Assembly: GCA_035300345.1 (NCBI GenBank) | Contig: DATGVM010000022.1 | Coordinates: 27,365-91,364, forward strand | Length of the DNA: 64,000 nt | Direction of reading: 5' to 3' | From: Steroidobacteraceae bacterium | Lineage (GTDB): Bacteria; Pseudomonadota; Gammaproteobacteria; Steroidobacterales; Steroidobacteraceae | Part shown: one piece after another, positions 28,055 to 37,031 of the stretch | How positions within the stretch are numbered: the stretch's first letter is position 1 | Layout: every line of letters starts with the position of its first letter | The notes under the pieces: generated by a model | Seen by the model: only the letters and a program-made list of their open reading frames with translations | Told to the model about the DNA's origin: nothing | Database searches by the model: none | Made by a program: the position numbers and the translations under genes

Positions 28055-29108
28055 CACGGTGGCGAGCGCGGAGCGCTACGGCGATTTGCCCGCTGTGCTG
28101 CACGCCTGTGGATTTCCGCGCTGGAAGCGCCCGATTATCCGGCAGTGTTTCCCCGGAAGGAGCATCGTCTTTGTGCCGAAGGGTCGGGCGGCGCCACCCG
28201 GTGCCGCACTGCTCCTGTGGGGCACCTCACCGCTCCCGCCGGCGGCCGCGCCAGACAGCACGGTGATTCGGCTGGAGGACGGGTTTCTCCGTTCGGTGGG
28301 TCTGGGCGCGGATATTGTCCGGCCGCTGTCCTGGGTCACCGATCGCACCGGTATCTATTACGATGCCACGCGGCCGAGCGAACTCGAGACTCTGCTGGCC
28401 ACGCATCGGTTTACGCGCGAGGAGCGCGAGCGCGCCGCGGCATTGCGGGCGCGCATCGTCGCGGGCGGTCTCACCAAGTACAACGTGGGCCAGCGGCGCT
28501 GGCAGCGGCCGCACAACAATCGGCGTGTGATTCTGGTGGCGGGGCAGGTGGAGACTGACGCCTCGATCGCCTTTGGCTGTCCCGGTGAAAAGAGCAATAT
28601 GGGCCTGCTGCGCGCGGTGCGCGAGCGGCACCGGGATGCCTACCTGGTCTACAAGCCCCATCCGGATGTGGTGGCACGCTTGCGCCTGCCGGGTAAGGGC
28701 GAGGATCAGGCGACGCGCTGGTGCAATGAAATTGTCGTTGATGCGGTCATGGCGGACCTGATCGCGGAAGTCGACGAAGTGCATGTGCTGACATCCCTCG
28801 CCGGCTTTGAGGCGCTGCTCCGCGGCAAGCCCGTGAGCTGCTATGGGCAGCCCTTTTATGCCGGCTGGGGACTGACGCACGAATTCCTGCCCCACACGCG
28901 GCGCGGTCGCCACCTGAAACTGGATGATTTGGTGGCCGGAGTCTTGATCGCCTATCCGCTTTACCTGAGCCGCGATGGTTCCCGCCTGATCAGCCCGGAG
29001 GAGGCGGTCGAATCACTGCTCGCCTGGCGGCGCAGCACTGGCGGGCGCGAGCCGTGGTGGTGGGGGATCTACCGTGTATTCGTGCGCTGGATCGCCGGAG
29101 TGCGCTGA
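28041..29108 (+). CDS. single-module KpsC-like capsule biosynthesis protein (Capsule_synth domain; RkpZ-like)
   Basis: 355 aa. VIRLEDGFLRSVGLGADIVRPLSWVTDRTGIYYDATRPSELETLL and LTKYNVG closely follow the repeated module of E. coli KpsC as I recall it. Only one module is present. Confidence 0.8.
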   Translation: MGMTDTVASAERYGDLPAVLHACGFPRWKRPIIRQCFPGRSIVFVPKGRAAPPGAALLLWGTSPLPPAAAPDSTVIRLEDGFLRSVGLGADIVRPLSWVTDRTGIYYDATRPSELETLLATHRFTREERERAAALRARIVAGGLTKYNVGQRRWQRPHNNRRVILVAGQVETDASIAFGCPGEKSNMGLLRAVRERHRDAYLVYKPHPDVVARLRLPGKGEDQATRWCNEIVVDAVMADLIAEVDEVHVLTSLAGFEALLRGKPVSCYGQPFYAGWGLTHEFLPHTRRGRHLKLDDLVAGVLIAYPLYLSRDGSRLISPEEAVESLLAWRRSTGGREPWWWGIYRVFVRWIAGVR

Positions 29109-29133
29109 GCTGGCTATCGGTCCTGAATCGGGA

Positions 29134-29784
29134 ATGGCAGATTCAATTACCACCGCTTTCGTTCCCGAATCGAAGTGCCTGTACTTCATTTTCGGAGGCA
29201 TTCAAGGCGGCGTTGGAATGCCGCCATACGAATTTTACCGGTCCGCGAGCGTCCTGGACGCCAATAAAGTCTTTCTGCGTGATCTTGCGCAAGCCTGGTA
29301 CCAGCATGGTATTCCGGAGCTTGGCCAAAGCCTTTCAGATATTGACGCATATCTCGTTTCCGTTATTAAACGAGTGCAGGCCACGAAGGTTCGCTTTGTT
29401 GGAAACTCAATGGGGGGGTTCGCGGCCTTGCTATTTTGCGCACGCACTCGTCACGGGAGCGCAATCGCTTTCGCGCCGCAGACCTTTATCAGCCCTGAAC
29501 TGAGAGCCACACATGGCGACAATCGCTGGCCCGTGCAAATGAACCAACTACATCGGAGTTTGACCGGCAAAGAGACTTTGGATCTAAGACAAATAGTTCT
29601 CGGTTCGCACCCTACTTTGGCAGCACGCATCTACGTCGCGCGAGACGACAGACTGGATATGATTCATGCTCACTATCTGGCCGATTGCCCTAATGTGTGT
29701 GTCCATGAAGTTGATGTCGGTGGTCATGCCTTGGTTACGGCGTTGCGCGATTCCGGGAAGCTCATCGAGATACTAAATGCGTGA
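29134..29784 (+). CDS. alpha/beta-hydrolase-like protein
   Basis: The ATG at 29134 lies just after the upstream stop (29108). It has a nucleophile-elbow motif VGNSMGGFAALLF. Composition is AT-richer than its neighbours. Confidence 0.55.
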   Translation: MADSITTAFVPESKCLYFIFGGIQGGVGMPPYEFYRSASVLDANKVFLRDLAQAWYQHGIPELGQSLSDIDAYLVSVIKRVQATKVRFVGNSMGGFAALLFCARTRHGSAIAFAPQTFISPELRATHGDNRWPVQMNQLHRSLTGKETLDLRQIVLGSHPTLAARIYVARDDRLDMIHAHYLADCPNVCVHEVDVGGHALVTALRDSGKLIEILNA

Positions 29785-29940
29785 AACATGGTTCCAACAA
29801 TTGACTGTGGGAAATATGCGCTTGGCGAAGTCACCCATGTAGCGAAGTGTTAAGCCGACTGCTTCCTGCCATGAGTGGACGCATGACCCGGCACCGCTAG
29901 GTATGGAGCGATGATCGCACGAAGGTGTTTTATACTGTGG

Positions 29941-31071
29941 TTAGGATAAGGCTTTGAAAATGCGCTTATTGCGCATGCGCGGTGTACGGTTGAGTAGCCT
30001 GTAGACGGTTCCAACGAACAGATGGATGAATCGCGAGGGCGAGCGCAGCGCCAGCTGGATCGGCGCCAGTCGCGCGCCAAGATCCTGCTTGATCGGGTAG
30101 GTCGTCAGGCCCATTTCCAGGCGTTTGACGCGCAGGCGGATCGCGGTGTCGATGACCGCGTTCCCCGCGTAGAGGTACAGGCCGTCGTTGGCCGCCTGGT
30201 TACGGCCAAAATACAGCCAGCGCAGCAGGTCCCCGTCGTGCAATAGCAGGGCGTGGCCGATCAGCTGATCACCACTATAGAAGAGCAGCACCTTGGAGCG
30301 CTTGCCCATGCGTTCGGCCAATTCGCGGTAGAAGCCGGGCGTGAGTACTTCGCGCTGGAATTCAACGGCACTCTCGTGCACCACCAGCCATTGGCGGAAC
30401 AGCGTGTCCGCCAGCCCCGCGAATTCCTCCACCAGTTCATGGCGCATCCGCGCTTCTTCGGCGGTGCGCAGGCGCTTGAGCAGTTTGCTGCGATAATAAC
30501 TCTGCATCGAGGCGAGATAGTCTTCCCAGGTGGACCAGGCGATATCGAGATAGGCGTTGGGCAGACCTCCAGCCGTGTGGTAGCCCAGCGCCACGAAGTG
30601 GGCGAGGAGCGGTGCGGCATCGGGTTCGAAGTCGCGTACGACGATGACCCAATGCCCCTCGGTTCGCGCCGTGGCGTGCAGCCATTGGTGCAACGCTGCG
30701 ATGACCTCGTGAGTGTCGGCGCCCTCGGCCACTACGAAGGGCGGGCTGTTGAGCGTGACCGGCGTGCCGCATTCGAGCATGCGGAGCTTGAGGAAATGGG
30801 GGAATATGCGGCGGATGGACACCAGCAGCCCGCGCAGCCACGGCGGGGCGAAAATGGCGATATCGGTGGTGGTGGAGTAGACCGTCGCCAGGGCGCAGGC
30901 CTGGCCGGAATCATGACTGAGCAATACATGGCGGCAGCGGAAATTGTCCATCCCGGATCGCTCGAGGAGCTCCCAGAAGGCGTGCGAAAAGGTCAGGGAG
31001 CGGCCTTCCAGCAGCGCGTCCCAGCGCTCCTGCGGGACCTCGCCGATGCGGTCATAAACTTCTATCTTCAA
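29941..31071 (-). CDS. FemAB-like / BioF2-like GNAT acyltransferase family protein
   Basis: 376 aa with a TTG start. The N-terminus (IGEVPQERWDALLEGRSLTFSHAFWELLERSG) and overall length fit the DUF482/FemAB_like family. Confidence 0.65.
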   Translation of the reverse strand: MKIEVYDRIGEVPQERWDALLEGRSLTFSHAFWELLERSGMDNFRCRHVLLSHDSGQACALATVYSTTTDIAIFAPPWLRGLLVSIRRIFPHFLKLRMLECGTPVTLNSPPFVVAEGADTHEVIAALHQWLHATARTEGHWVIVVRDFEPDAAPLLAHFVALGYHTAGGLPNAYLDIAWSTWEDYLASMQSYYRSKLLKRLRTAEEARMRHELVEEFAGLADTLFRQWLVVHESAVEFQREVLTPGFYRELAERMGKRSKVLLFYSGDQLIGHALLLHDGDLLRWLYFGRNQAANDGLYLYAGNAVIDTAIRLRVKRLEMGLTTYPIKQDLGARLAPIQLALRSPSRFIHLFVGTVYRLLNRTPRMRNKRIFKALS

Positions 31072-31079
31072 GCCCGCGC

Positions 31080-32084
31080 ATGTTAGCCCATGGCAGGGCG
31101 CTGGTGACGGGCGCGGCCGGATTCATCGGCGGGCATCTGGCGCAGCGCCTGCTGGCTGAGGGCTGGCAAGTCAGGCTGCTGGTGAAAAACAATCAGCCCC
31201 TGCCGCCCGCGCTGCATCAGGGCTGCGAGGTCGTCACGGCAGATCTGAGTGTGGCTGCCGGAGTCGGTGAAGCGGTGCGCGGTGTGGATGTGATCTTCCA
31301 CTGTGCCGCCAACGTGCGCACCTGGGACACGTGGGACGCCTACCAACGCGACAACGTGACCGGCGTGGCCCATCTGCTCGACGCCATCGCCCGCGAGAAT
31401 CCACGACTGCCGCGCCTGGTGCATTTCTCCAGCGTGGATGTCTATGGTTTCCCGCTCCAGCCCTGCGACGAAGCGGCACGGCCCGATGGCGGGGAGTTTG
31501 GCTACGGGCGCAGCAAGTGGCAGGGAGAACAGCTGGTCGCCGAGCGCTGCGCAGAGGCATCGATCCCCTATACGATCCTGCGGCCCGCCAATGTCTTCGG
31601 TCCCGGCGGGCAGTTCGTGTCGCGCATCGGCGAGGCCCTGGCCTCCGGTCTGATGCTGACGGTGGACGGCGGGCAGGTGAACGCAGGGATGATCTACATC
31701 GACAATCTGCTCGACTATGTGCTGTGGGCGGCGGGCGCCGAGCAGGCCGTCGGCCGTGTCTACAACGTCCGCGACGCTTACGATCTGAGCTGGGCCGAAT
31801 TTGTCCGCGCGCTGCGCCGGGGAATCAACGGTCGCGGCCGGGTGCTGGACCTGCCCTTCGGCGCCGCTGAGTTCTTCGCACGCCTTTGCGAGGCCTTCTA
31901 CCGTATTGTCCTGCCGAGGCGCGAGCCGCTCCTGCACCGGCTGCTGGTGCGCCAGTTCGGGCGCAGCTGCGGACACAGCGCGGTGCGGATCCGCGCGGAC
32001 AGCGGCCTCGTCGGCCGCATCGGCTTCGAGGAGGGGATGGAGCGCTCGGCACGCAGTTTTCTGGCCGCCCGGGCGAGCCGCTGA
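31080..32084 (+). CDS. NAD-dependent epimerase/dehydratase (SDR; RkpH/WcbP-like position)
   Basis: 334 aa. Rossmann motif VTGAAGFIGGHL at residues 9-20 and catalytic YGRSK. Confidence 0.85.
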   Translation: MLAHGRALVTGAAGFIGGHLAQRLLAEGWQVRLLVKNNQPLPPALHQGCEVVTADLSVAAGVGEAVRGVDVIFHCAANVRTWDTWDAYQRDNVTGVAHLLDAIARENPRLPRLVHFSSVDVYGFPLQPCDEAARPDGGEFGYGRSKWQGEQLVAERCAEASIPYTILRPANVFGPGGQFVSRIGEALASGLMLTVDGGQVNAGMIYIDNLLDYVLWAAGAEQAVGRVYNVRDAYDLSWAEFVRALRRGINGRGRVLDLPFGAAEFFARLCEAFYRIVLPRREPLLHRLLVRQFGRSCGHSAVRIRADSGLVGRIGFEEGMERSARSFLAARASR

Positions 32085-33359
32085 GTGAGCGGGGCCGCTG
32101 TGCGCGCCTTGCATTTTCTTTTCCTGCAGGGCATGCCCTCACCGTTTTTCAGGCGGATTGCCGCCGGACTTGAGGCGCACGGCTGCCGCACGACCGGCGT
32201 CAATTTCTGCATGGGCGATCGGCTGTTCTGGGGCGGGCGCCGGGCCGTGAACTACCGCGGGAGCCTCGCCGACTGGCCGGCGTACATCGACGCGTTTCTG
32301 ATGCGGGAAGGTGTGACCGATCTCGTGCTGCTCGGCGAGCAGCGGCGTTACCACCAGGAGGCCATCGCCGCCGCACAGGCGCGCGGCATTCGCGTCACGG
32401 TCACGGACTTCGGTTATCTGCGGCCGGACTGGATCACGCTTGAGCGCGACGGCATGAGTGGCAACTCGCGCTTTCCCCGCCGGATGGACGAGGTGCGCCG
32501 GCTTGCCGCCCTGGCGCCAAAGTCCGATCTGGCCCCGCGCTATTCGGATAGTGCGGTGGGGATGGCGCTCGGTGACCTGCGTTACAGTTTCAGCACCGTG
32601 CTGTTTTGGTGGCTGTACCCGAACTATCAGCGGAGCGATCGGCGCCCGCACCCGATCCTCTATTTTCCGGCCATCGGCGGGCGATTGCTGGCGGCCCGTT
32701 TAACGGCTCACCGGGCGCGGCGGCAGATGGCCGCGCTGCTTGGCGGTGAGGCGAAGTATTTCGTGCTGCCGTTGCAGCTGGAACACGATTTCCAGATCAT
32801 TTCCTATTCGCCCTTTGCGAGCCTGCTCGAGCCACTCCAGGCCGTCATCCGCTCCTTTGCCGCCCACAGCACGCCGGGCATGCGCCTGGTGGTGAAGGCC
32901 CATCCCTGGGATCCGGGCTTGCGGCGCTGGCCAGCCATCGTCCGCAGGCTGGCGGCCGCGTCCGGCGTGGGCGAGCGGGTGGACTACCTCGATGGGGGCG
33001 ATCTGGATGAGATGCTGCGCGCGGCTGAGGGCATGGTGACGGTGAACAGCAGCGCGGGGCTGCAGGCCCTTAAGCTGGGTTGCCCGGTGAAAACACTGGG
33101 CCAGGCGATCTACGACATCCCCGGATTGAGCTACCAGGAGTCCCTGGATGAGTTCTGGCGCCACGCCACGCCGCCGGATCCTGAGGCGGTGGCGGCCTTC
33201 ATCGACGCCCTGGCGGGCTCCATCCAGATCCGCGGGGTCTTCTTCCGCGAGCCGGGCCTGAGCGCCGCGGTGGAGCAGGCGGTGGAGCGGCTGCACACGG
33301 GGACGGTAGGAACTGGCCCCATCGCATCTGCCCGCCCCGCGGGCAGCCCTCCGCTATAA
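32085..33359 (+). CDS. kpsS: KpsS-like capsule biosynthesis protein (Capsule_synth; RkpJ-like)
   Basis: 424 aa. FLFLQGMPSPFF...GDRLFW...LLGEQRRYHQEA...FGYLRPDWITLE parallels the E. coli KpsS N-terminus (LLLQGPMGPFF...GDRFY...FEEGYLRP) as I recall it. Confidence 0.8.
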   Translation: MSGAAVRALHFLFLQGMPSPFFRRIAAGLEAHGCRTTGVNFCMGDRLFWGGRRAVNYRGSLADWPAYIDAFLMREGVTDLVLLGEQRRYHQEAIAAAQARGIRVTVTDFGYLRPDWITLERDGMSGNSRFPRRMDEVRRLAALAPKSDLAPRYSDSAVGMALGDLRYSFSTVLFWWLYPNYQRSDRRPHPILYFPAIGGRLLAARLTAHRARRQMAALLGGEAKYFVLPLQLEHDFQIISYSPFASLLEPLQAVIRSFAAHSTPGMRLVVKAHPWDPGLRRWPAIVRRLAAASGVGERVDYLDGGDLDEMLRAAEGMVTVNSSAGLQALKLGCPVKTLGQAIYDIPGLSYQESLDEFWRHATPPDPEAVAAFIDALAGSIQIRGVFFREPGLSAAVEQAVERLHTGTVGTGPIASARPAGSPPL

Positions 33360-33401
33360 TCACGAGTTGGCCCGGCTTGTCGGTGTCTGGTCTGCCGCGG
33401 G

Positions 33402-33486
<85 letters not shown>

Positions 33487-33508
33487 GCTTTCGAGGTTTG
33501 TCTTGAAC

Positions 33509-34828
33509 ATGCAGGTTTCCCTAGTTGCATCAAATGGCCTGGAGCGGCGCCTGGAGGTGACCGTGCCGGGCGAGCTGGTCACGCACCGGGTGGAGCAGCG
33601 CCTCAAGGACCTGGCCCGCACCGCGCGCCTGAAAGGGTTCCGGCCGGGGAAGGTGCCGCTGCCGGTGGTGCGCAAGCAGTACGGCGGCCAGGTGCATCAC
33701 GAGGCCGTGACCGATCTGATGCAGAAGAGCTTTGCCGAGGCGGTCAACCAGGAAAAGCTCCGCCCCGCCGGCGACCCGCGCATCGAGCCCCTGCAAGTCG
33801 CCCCGGGTGCGGCCCTGCGCTACGCGGCGGTGTTCGAAGTGCTGCCCGAGATCGTGCTCCAGCCCTTTGAGGGGCTGTCTATCGAGCGCCCGGTGGTCGA
33901 GGTCAGCGAGTCGGACGTCGATGCCATGCTCGAGAGCCTGCGCCGCCAGAAGCCCATCTTCACCGTGGTGGAGCGTGCGGCCGAGGCCAACGATCGGGTG
34001 ACCGTGGCCCTGGAAGGGCGCATCGACGGGGAGATTTTTCCGGGCGGTGAGATCGATGAGCTGAAGGTGGTGCTTGGCGCGGGCACCGTTTTACCTGAGC
34101 TCGACGCGGCGCTGCGCGGGATGCAGCCTGGCGAGGAAAAAGAAGTGCCGGCGCGTTTTCCGGACGACTACGGCGCCAAGGCTGTCGCGGGCAAGAACGC
34201 GCTCTTCAAGCTCTGGCCCAAGCGCGTCGAATCGCAGAGCCTGCCGGAGCTGGATGAAGCCTTCCTGCGCGACTTTGGCGTGGCGGAGGGCGGCGTCCCC
34301 GAGTTTCGGGCCCAGGTGCGCACCAGCATGGAACGCGAAGTGACGCAGGTCGCCCAGCAGCGCATGCGCGATCAGCTGCTTGACGCGCTCCACAAGGGCA
34401 ATCCGCTCCCGCTCCCCCGGGTGCTCGTCGAGGAGCAGATCCGCGATCTGCAGGTTCAGGTGCTGCGCCGCATGGGGGTGCAGAAGGTCGAGCAGTTGCC
34501 GCCACGCGAGCCCTATGAGGAGCCGGCGCGCAAGCGCGTGGCCCTCGGCCTGATCATCGGGGAGATCGTGCGGGCCAACGGGATCCGCGTCGATCGGGGC
34601 CGGGTGGAGCAGCGCCTCGATGCGGTGGTCGCCTCGCACCCCGACCCGGCCGCCCTGCGCCGCCAGTACCTGCAGAGCCGCGAGGCCATGGCGCAACTTG
34701 AGACGGCCGTTCTGGAAGACCAGGCCCTGGATTGGATACAGTCCAAGGCGCAGTCGGTCGATAAGACCTACAGCTTTTCGGACCTGACCGGCTTCAAGGC
34801 CGGTCCCAACGAGGAAACACGCGGATGA
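33509..34828 (+). CDS. tig: trigger factor
   Basis: [20 protein letters not shown] start, KGFRPGKVP motif, and position upstream of clpP-clpX-lon. Confidence 0.95.
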   Translation: MQVSLVASNGLERRLEVTVPGELVTHRVEQRLKDLARTARLKGFRPGKVPLPVVRKQYGGQVHHEAVTDLMQKSFAEAVNQEKLRPAGDPRIEPLQVAPGAALRYAAVFEVLPEIVLQPFEGLSIERPVVEVSESDVDAMLESLRRQKPIFTVVERAAEANDRVTVALEGRIDGEIFPGGEIDELKVVLGAGTVLPELDAALRGMQPGEEKEVPARFPDDYGAKAVAGKNALFKLWPKRVESQSLPELDEAFLRDFGVAEGGVPEFRAQVRTSMEREVTQVAQQRMRDQLLDALHKGNPLPLPRVLVEEQIRDLQVQVLRRMGVQKVEQLPPREPYEEPARKRVALGLIIGEIVRANGIRVDRGRVEQRLDAVVASHPDPAALRRQYLQSREAMAQLETAVLEDQALDWIQSKAQSVDKTYSFSDLTGFKAGPNEETRG

Positions 34829-35448
34829 AAGAGCGAGCCTTGGGCCTGGTGCCGATCGTCGTGGAGCAGACGGCGCGCGGTGAGCGTTCCTACGACATCT
34901 ATTCGCGCCTGCTCAAGGAGCGGGTGGTGTTCATCGTCGGGCCGGTCGAGGACTACATGGCCAATCTGGTCGTCGCCCAGCTCCTGTTCCTCGAATCCGA
35001 CAATCCGGACAAGGACATTGCGCTGTACATCAATTCACCCGGCGGCTCGGTGAGCGCGGGACTCGCCATCTACGACACCATGCAGTTCGTCAAGCCCGAC
35101 GTCAGCACCATCTGTGTCGGACTGGCCGCCTCCATGGGCGCGGTGCTGCTCGCGGGTGGCGCCGCCGGCAAGCGCCATTCGCTGCCGAACTCCAAGATCA
35201 TGATTCACCAGCCCTCCGCGGGCTTCCAGGGCCAGGCGAGCGATATCGACATCCACGCCCGCGATGTCATGGACACCAAGGAGCGCCTGAACCGCATCCT
35301 GGCGCTCCACACGGGCCAGACCATCGAGCGCGTCAAGACCGACAGCGACCGGGACAACTTCATGAACGCCGAGGCGGCCAAGGCCTATGGGCTGGTCGAC
35401 AAGGTGCTCGAGAAGCGCCCCGATGGCGCGCCTGCGGCCACGGCCTGA
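34825..35448 (+). CDS. clpP: ATP-dependent Clp protease proteolytic subunit
   Basis: Motifs [36 protein letters not shown]. Confidence 0.97.
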   Translation: MKERALGLVPIVVEQTARGERSYDIYSRLLKERVVFIVGPVEDYMANLVVAQLLFLESDNPDKDIALYINSPGGSVSAGLAIYDTMQFVKPDVSTICVGLAASMGAVLLAGGAAGKRHSLPNSKIMIHQPSAGFQGQASDIDIHARDVMDTKERLNRILALHTGQTIERVKTDSDRDNFMNAEAAKAYGLVDKVLEKRPDGAPAATA

Positions 35449-35597
35449 GCCGGGCGGAGCCCCAAAAATCATGCATTACAAGGCCTTAGGTAAGACGCAG
35501 TTCTTTGCGCCCGCGGCTTTGGGCGTGTTATATAAAGGCCCGAGCGGTGGATTTTCAGCCCCCTTTGCCTGTCCAATAGGCTTGAGGTGATCCCAAG

Positions 35598-36914
35598 GTG
35601 AGCGATGACGCCCGAAGCCGGACAGACGATGGGAAGCTGCTGTACTGCTCTTTCTGCGGCAAGAGCCAGCACGAGGTCCGCAAGCTTATCGCCGGCCCCT
35701 CGGTGTTCGTCTGCGACGAATGCGTCGAACTGTGCAATGACATAATCCGGGAAGAGCTCGAGGATCGCGCCGACAAGGCCCGCGACAAGCTCCCCAAGCC
35801 CCACGAGATCAAGAAAGTCCTCGATGAGTACGTCATCGGGCAGGAGCGCGCCAAGAAGGTGCTCTCGGTAGCGGTCTACAACCACTACAAGCGCCTGCAG
35901 ACCCGCAGCGCGACCAAGACCAAGGACGACGTCGAGCTGGCCAAGAGCAACATCCTGCTGATCGGCCCGACCGGCTGCGGCAAGACGCTGCTGGCCGAGA
36001 CCCTGGCGCGGCTCCTCAACGTGCCCTTCACCATCGCCGATGCCACCACCCTGACCGAGGCCGGCTACGTGGGCGAGGACGTCGAGAACATCATCCAAAA
36101 GCTCCTGCAGAAGTGCGATTACGACGTCGAGAAGGCGCAGACCGGTATCGTCTACATCGATGAGATCGACAAGATTTCGCGCAAGAGCGACAACCCCTCG
36201 ATCACCCGCGATGTGTCGGGGGAGGGCGTGCAGCAGGCGCTGCTGAAGCTGATCGAGGGCACGATCGCTTCCGTCCCGCCCCAGGGCGGGCGCAAGCATC
36301 CCCAGCAGGAGTTCCTGCAGGTCGACACTTCGAACATCCTGTTCGTCTGCGGCGGGGCCTTCGCGGGCCTGGAAAAGATCATCCTGAACCGGACGCAGAA
36401 GAGCGGCATCGGCTTCACTTCCGAGGTGCGCAGCATCCACCAGAAACCGCACGGCTCGGACCTGTTCCACGAGGTCGAGCCCGAGGACCTGATCAAGTAC
36501 GGCCTGATCCCCGAGTTCGTCGGGCGGCTCCCGGTGGTGGCGACCCTCGATGAGCTGGATGAAGCCGCGCTGATGATCATCCTCACCGAGCCGCGCAATG
36601 CGCTCACCAAGCAGTACCGCAAGCTCTTCGATATGGAGGGCTCGGAACTCGAGTTCCGCGAGGAGGCCCTGCGCGCGGTGTCGCACCGGGCCATGCAGCG
36701 CAAGACCGGCGCGCGCGGCCTGCGCACGATCCTGGAGAACGTGCTGCTCGACACCATGTACGAGCTGCCCTCGCTCCGCAACGTCGTCAAGGTCGTGGTC
36801 GACGAGGCCGTGATCGAGGGCACGACCAAACCCTACATCGTCTATCGCACCGAGGAAGGGCGTCCGGCGCCCGTCGAGGAGCCCCGCAGGGCCGGCGGCG
36901 GTGGCCACGCCTGA
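35598..36914 (+). CDS. clpX: ATP-dependent Clp protease ATP-binding subunit ClpX
   Basis: Zinc module CSFCGK...CDEC, Walker [21 protein letters not shown] start. Confidence 0.97.
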   Translation: MSDDARSRTDDGKLLYCSFCGKSQHEVRKLIAGPSVFVCDECVELCNDIIREELEDRADKARDKLPKPHEIKKVLDEYVIGQERAKKVLSVAVYNHYKRLQTRSATKTKDDVELAKSNILLIGPTGCGKTLLAETLARLLNVPFTIADATTLTEAGYVGEDVENIIQKLLQKCDYDVEKAQTGIVYIDEIDKISRKSDNPSITRDVSGEGVQQALLKLIEGTIASVPPQGGRKHPQQEFLQVDTSNILFVCGGAFAGLEKIILNRTQKSGIGFTSEVRSIHQKPHGSDLFHEVEPEDLIKYGLIPEFVGRLPVVATLDELDEAALMIILTEPRNALTKQYRKLFDMEGSELEFREEALRAVSHRAMQRKTGARGLRTILENVLLDTMYELPSLRNVVKVVVDEAVIEGTTKPYIVYRTEEGRPAPVEEPRRAGGGGHA

Positions 36915-37031
36915 GGCGGTGCAGGTCGGGCGGCCGTGGCGGCACGGAGCCATTGCAATCGTCAGGGCCTGCCCCAACTGTAGCGCAAGGGCCGCGCTCC
37001 CCACCGCGAGCCGCGATGTAAAGGGTATACC

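Noticed and set aside
30253-31086. 277-aa plus-strand ORF
   Set aside because: It is antisense to the FemAB-like GNAT gene and has no motifs. The GNAT frame has family-typical N-terminal and core sequence.
31083-32114. 343-aa minus-strand ORF, plus several 95-180-aa ORFs in the same interval
   Set aside because: They are antisense or out of frame to the SDR epimerase, which has a clear Rossmann motif and YxxxK. The translations are Arg/Ala/Pro-rich GC artefacts.
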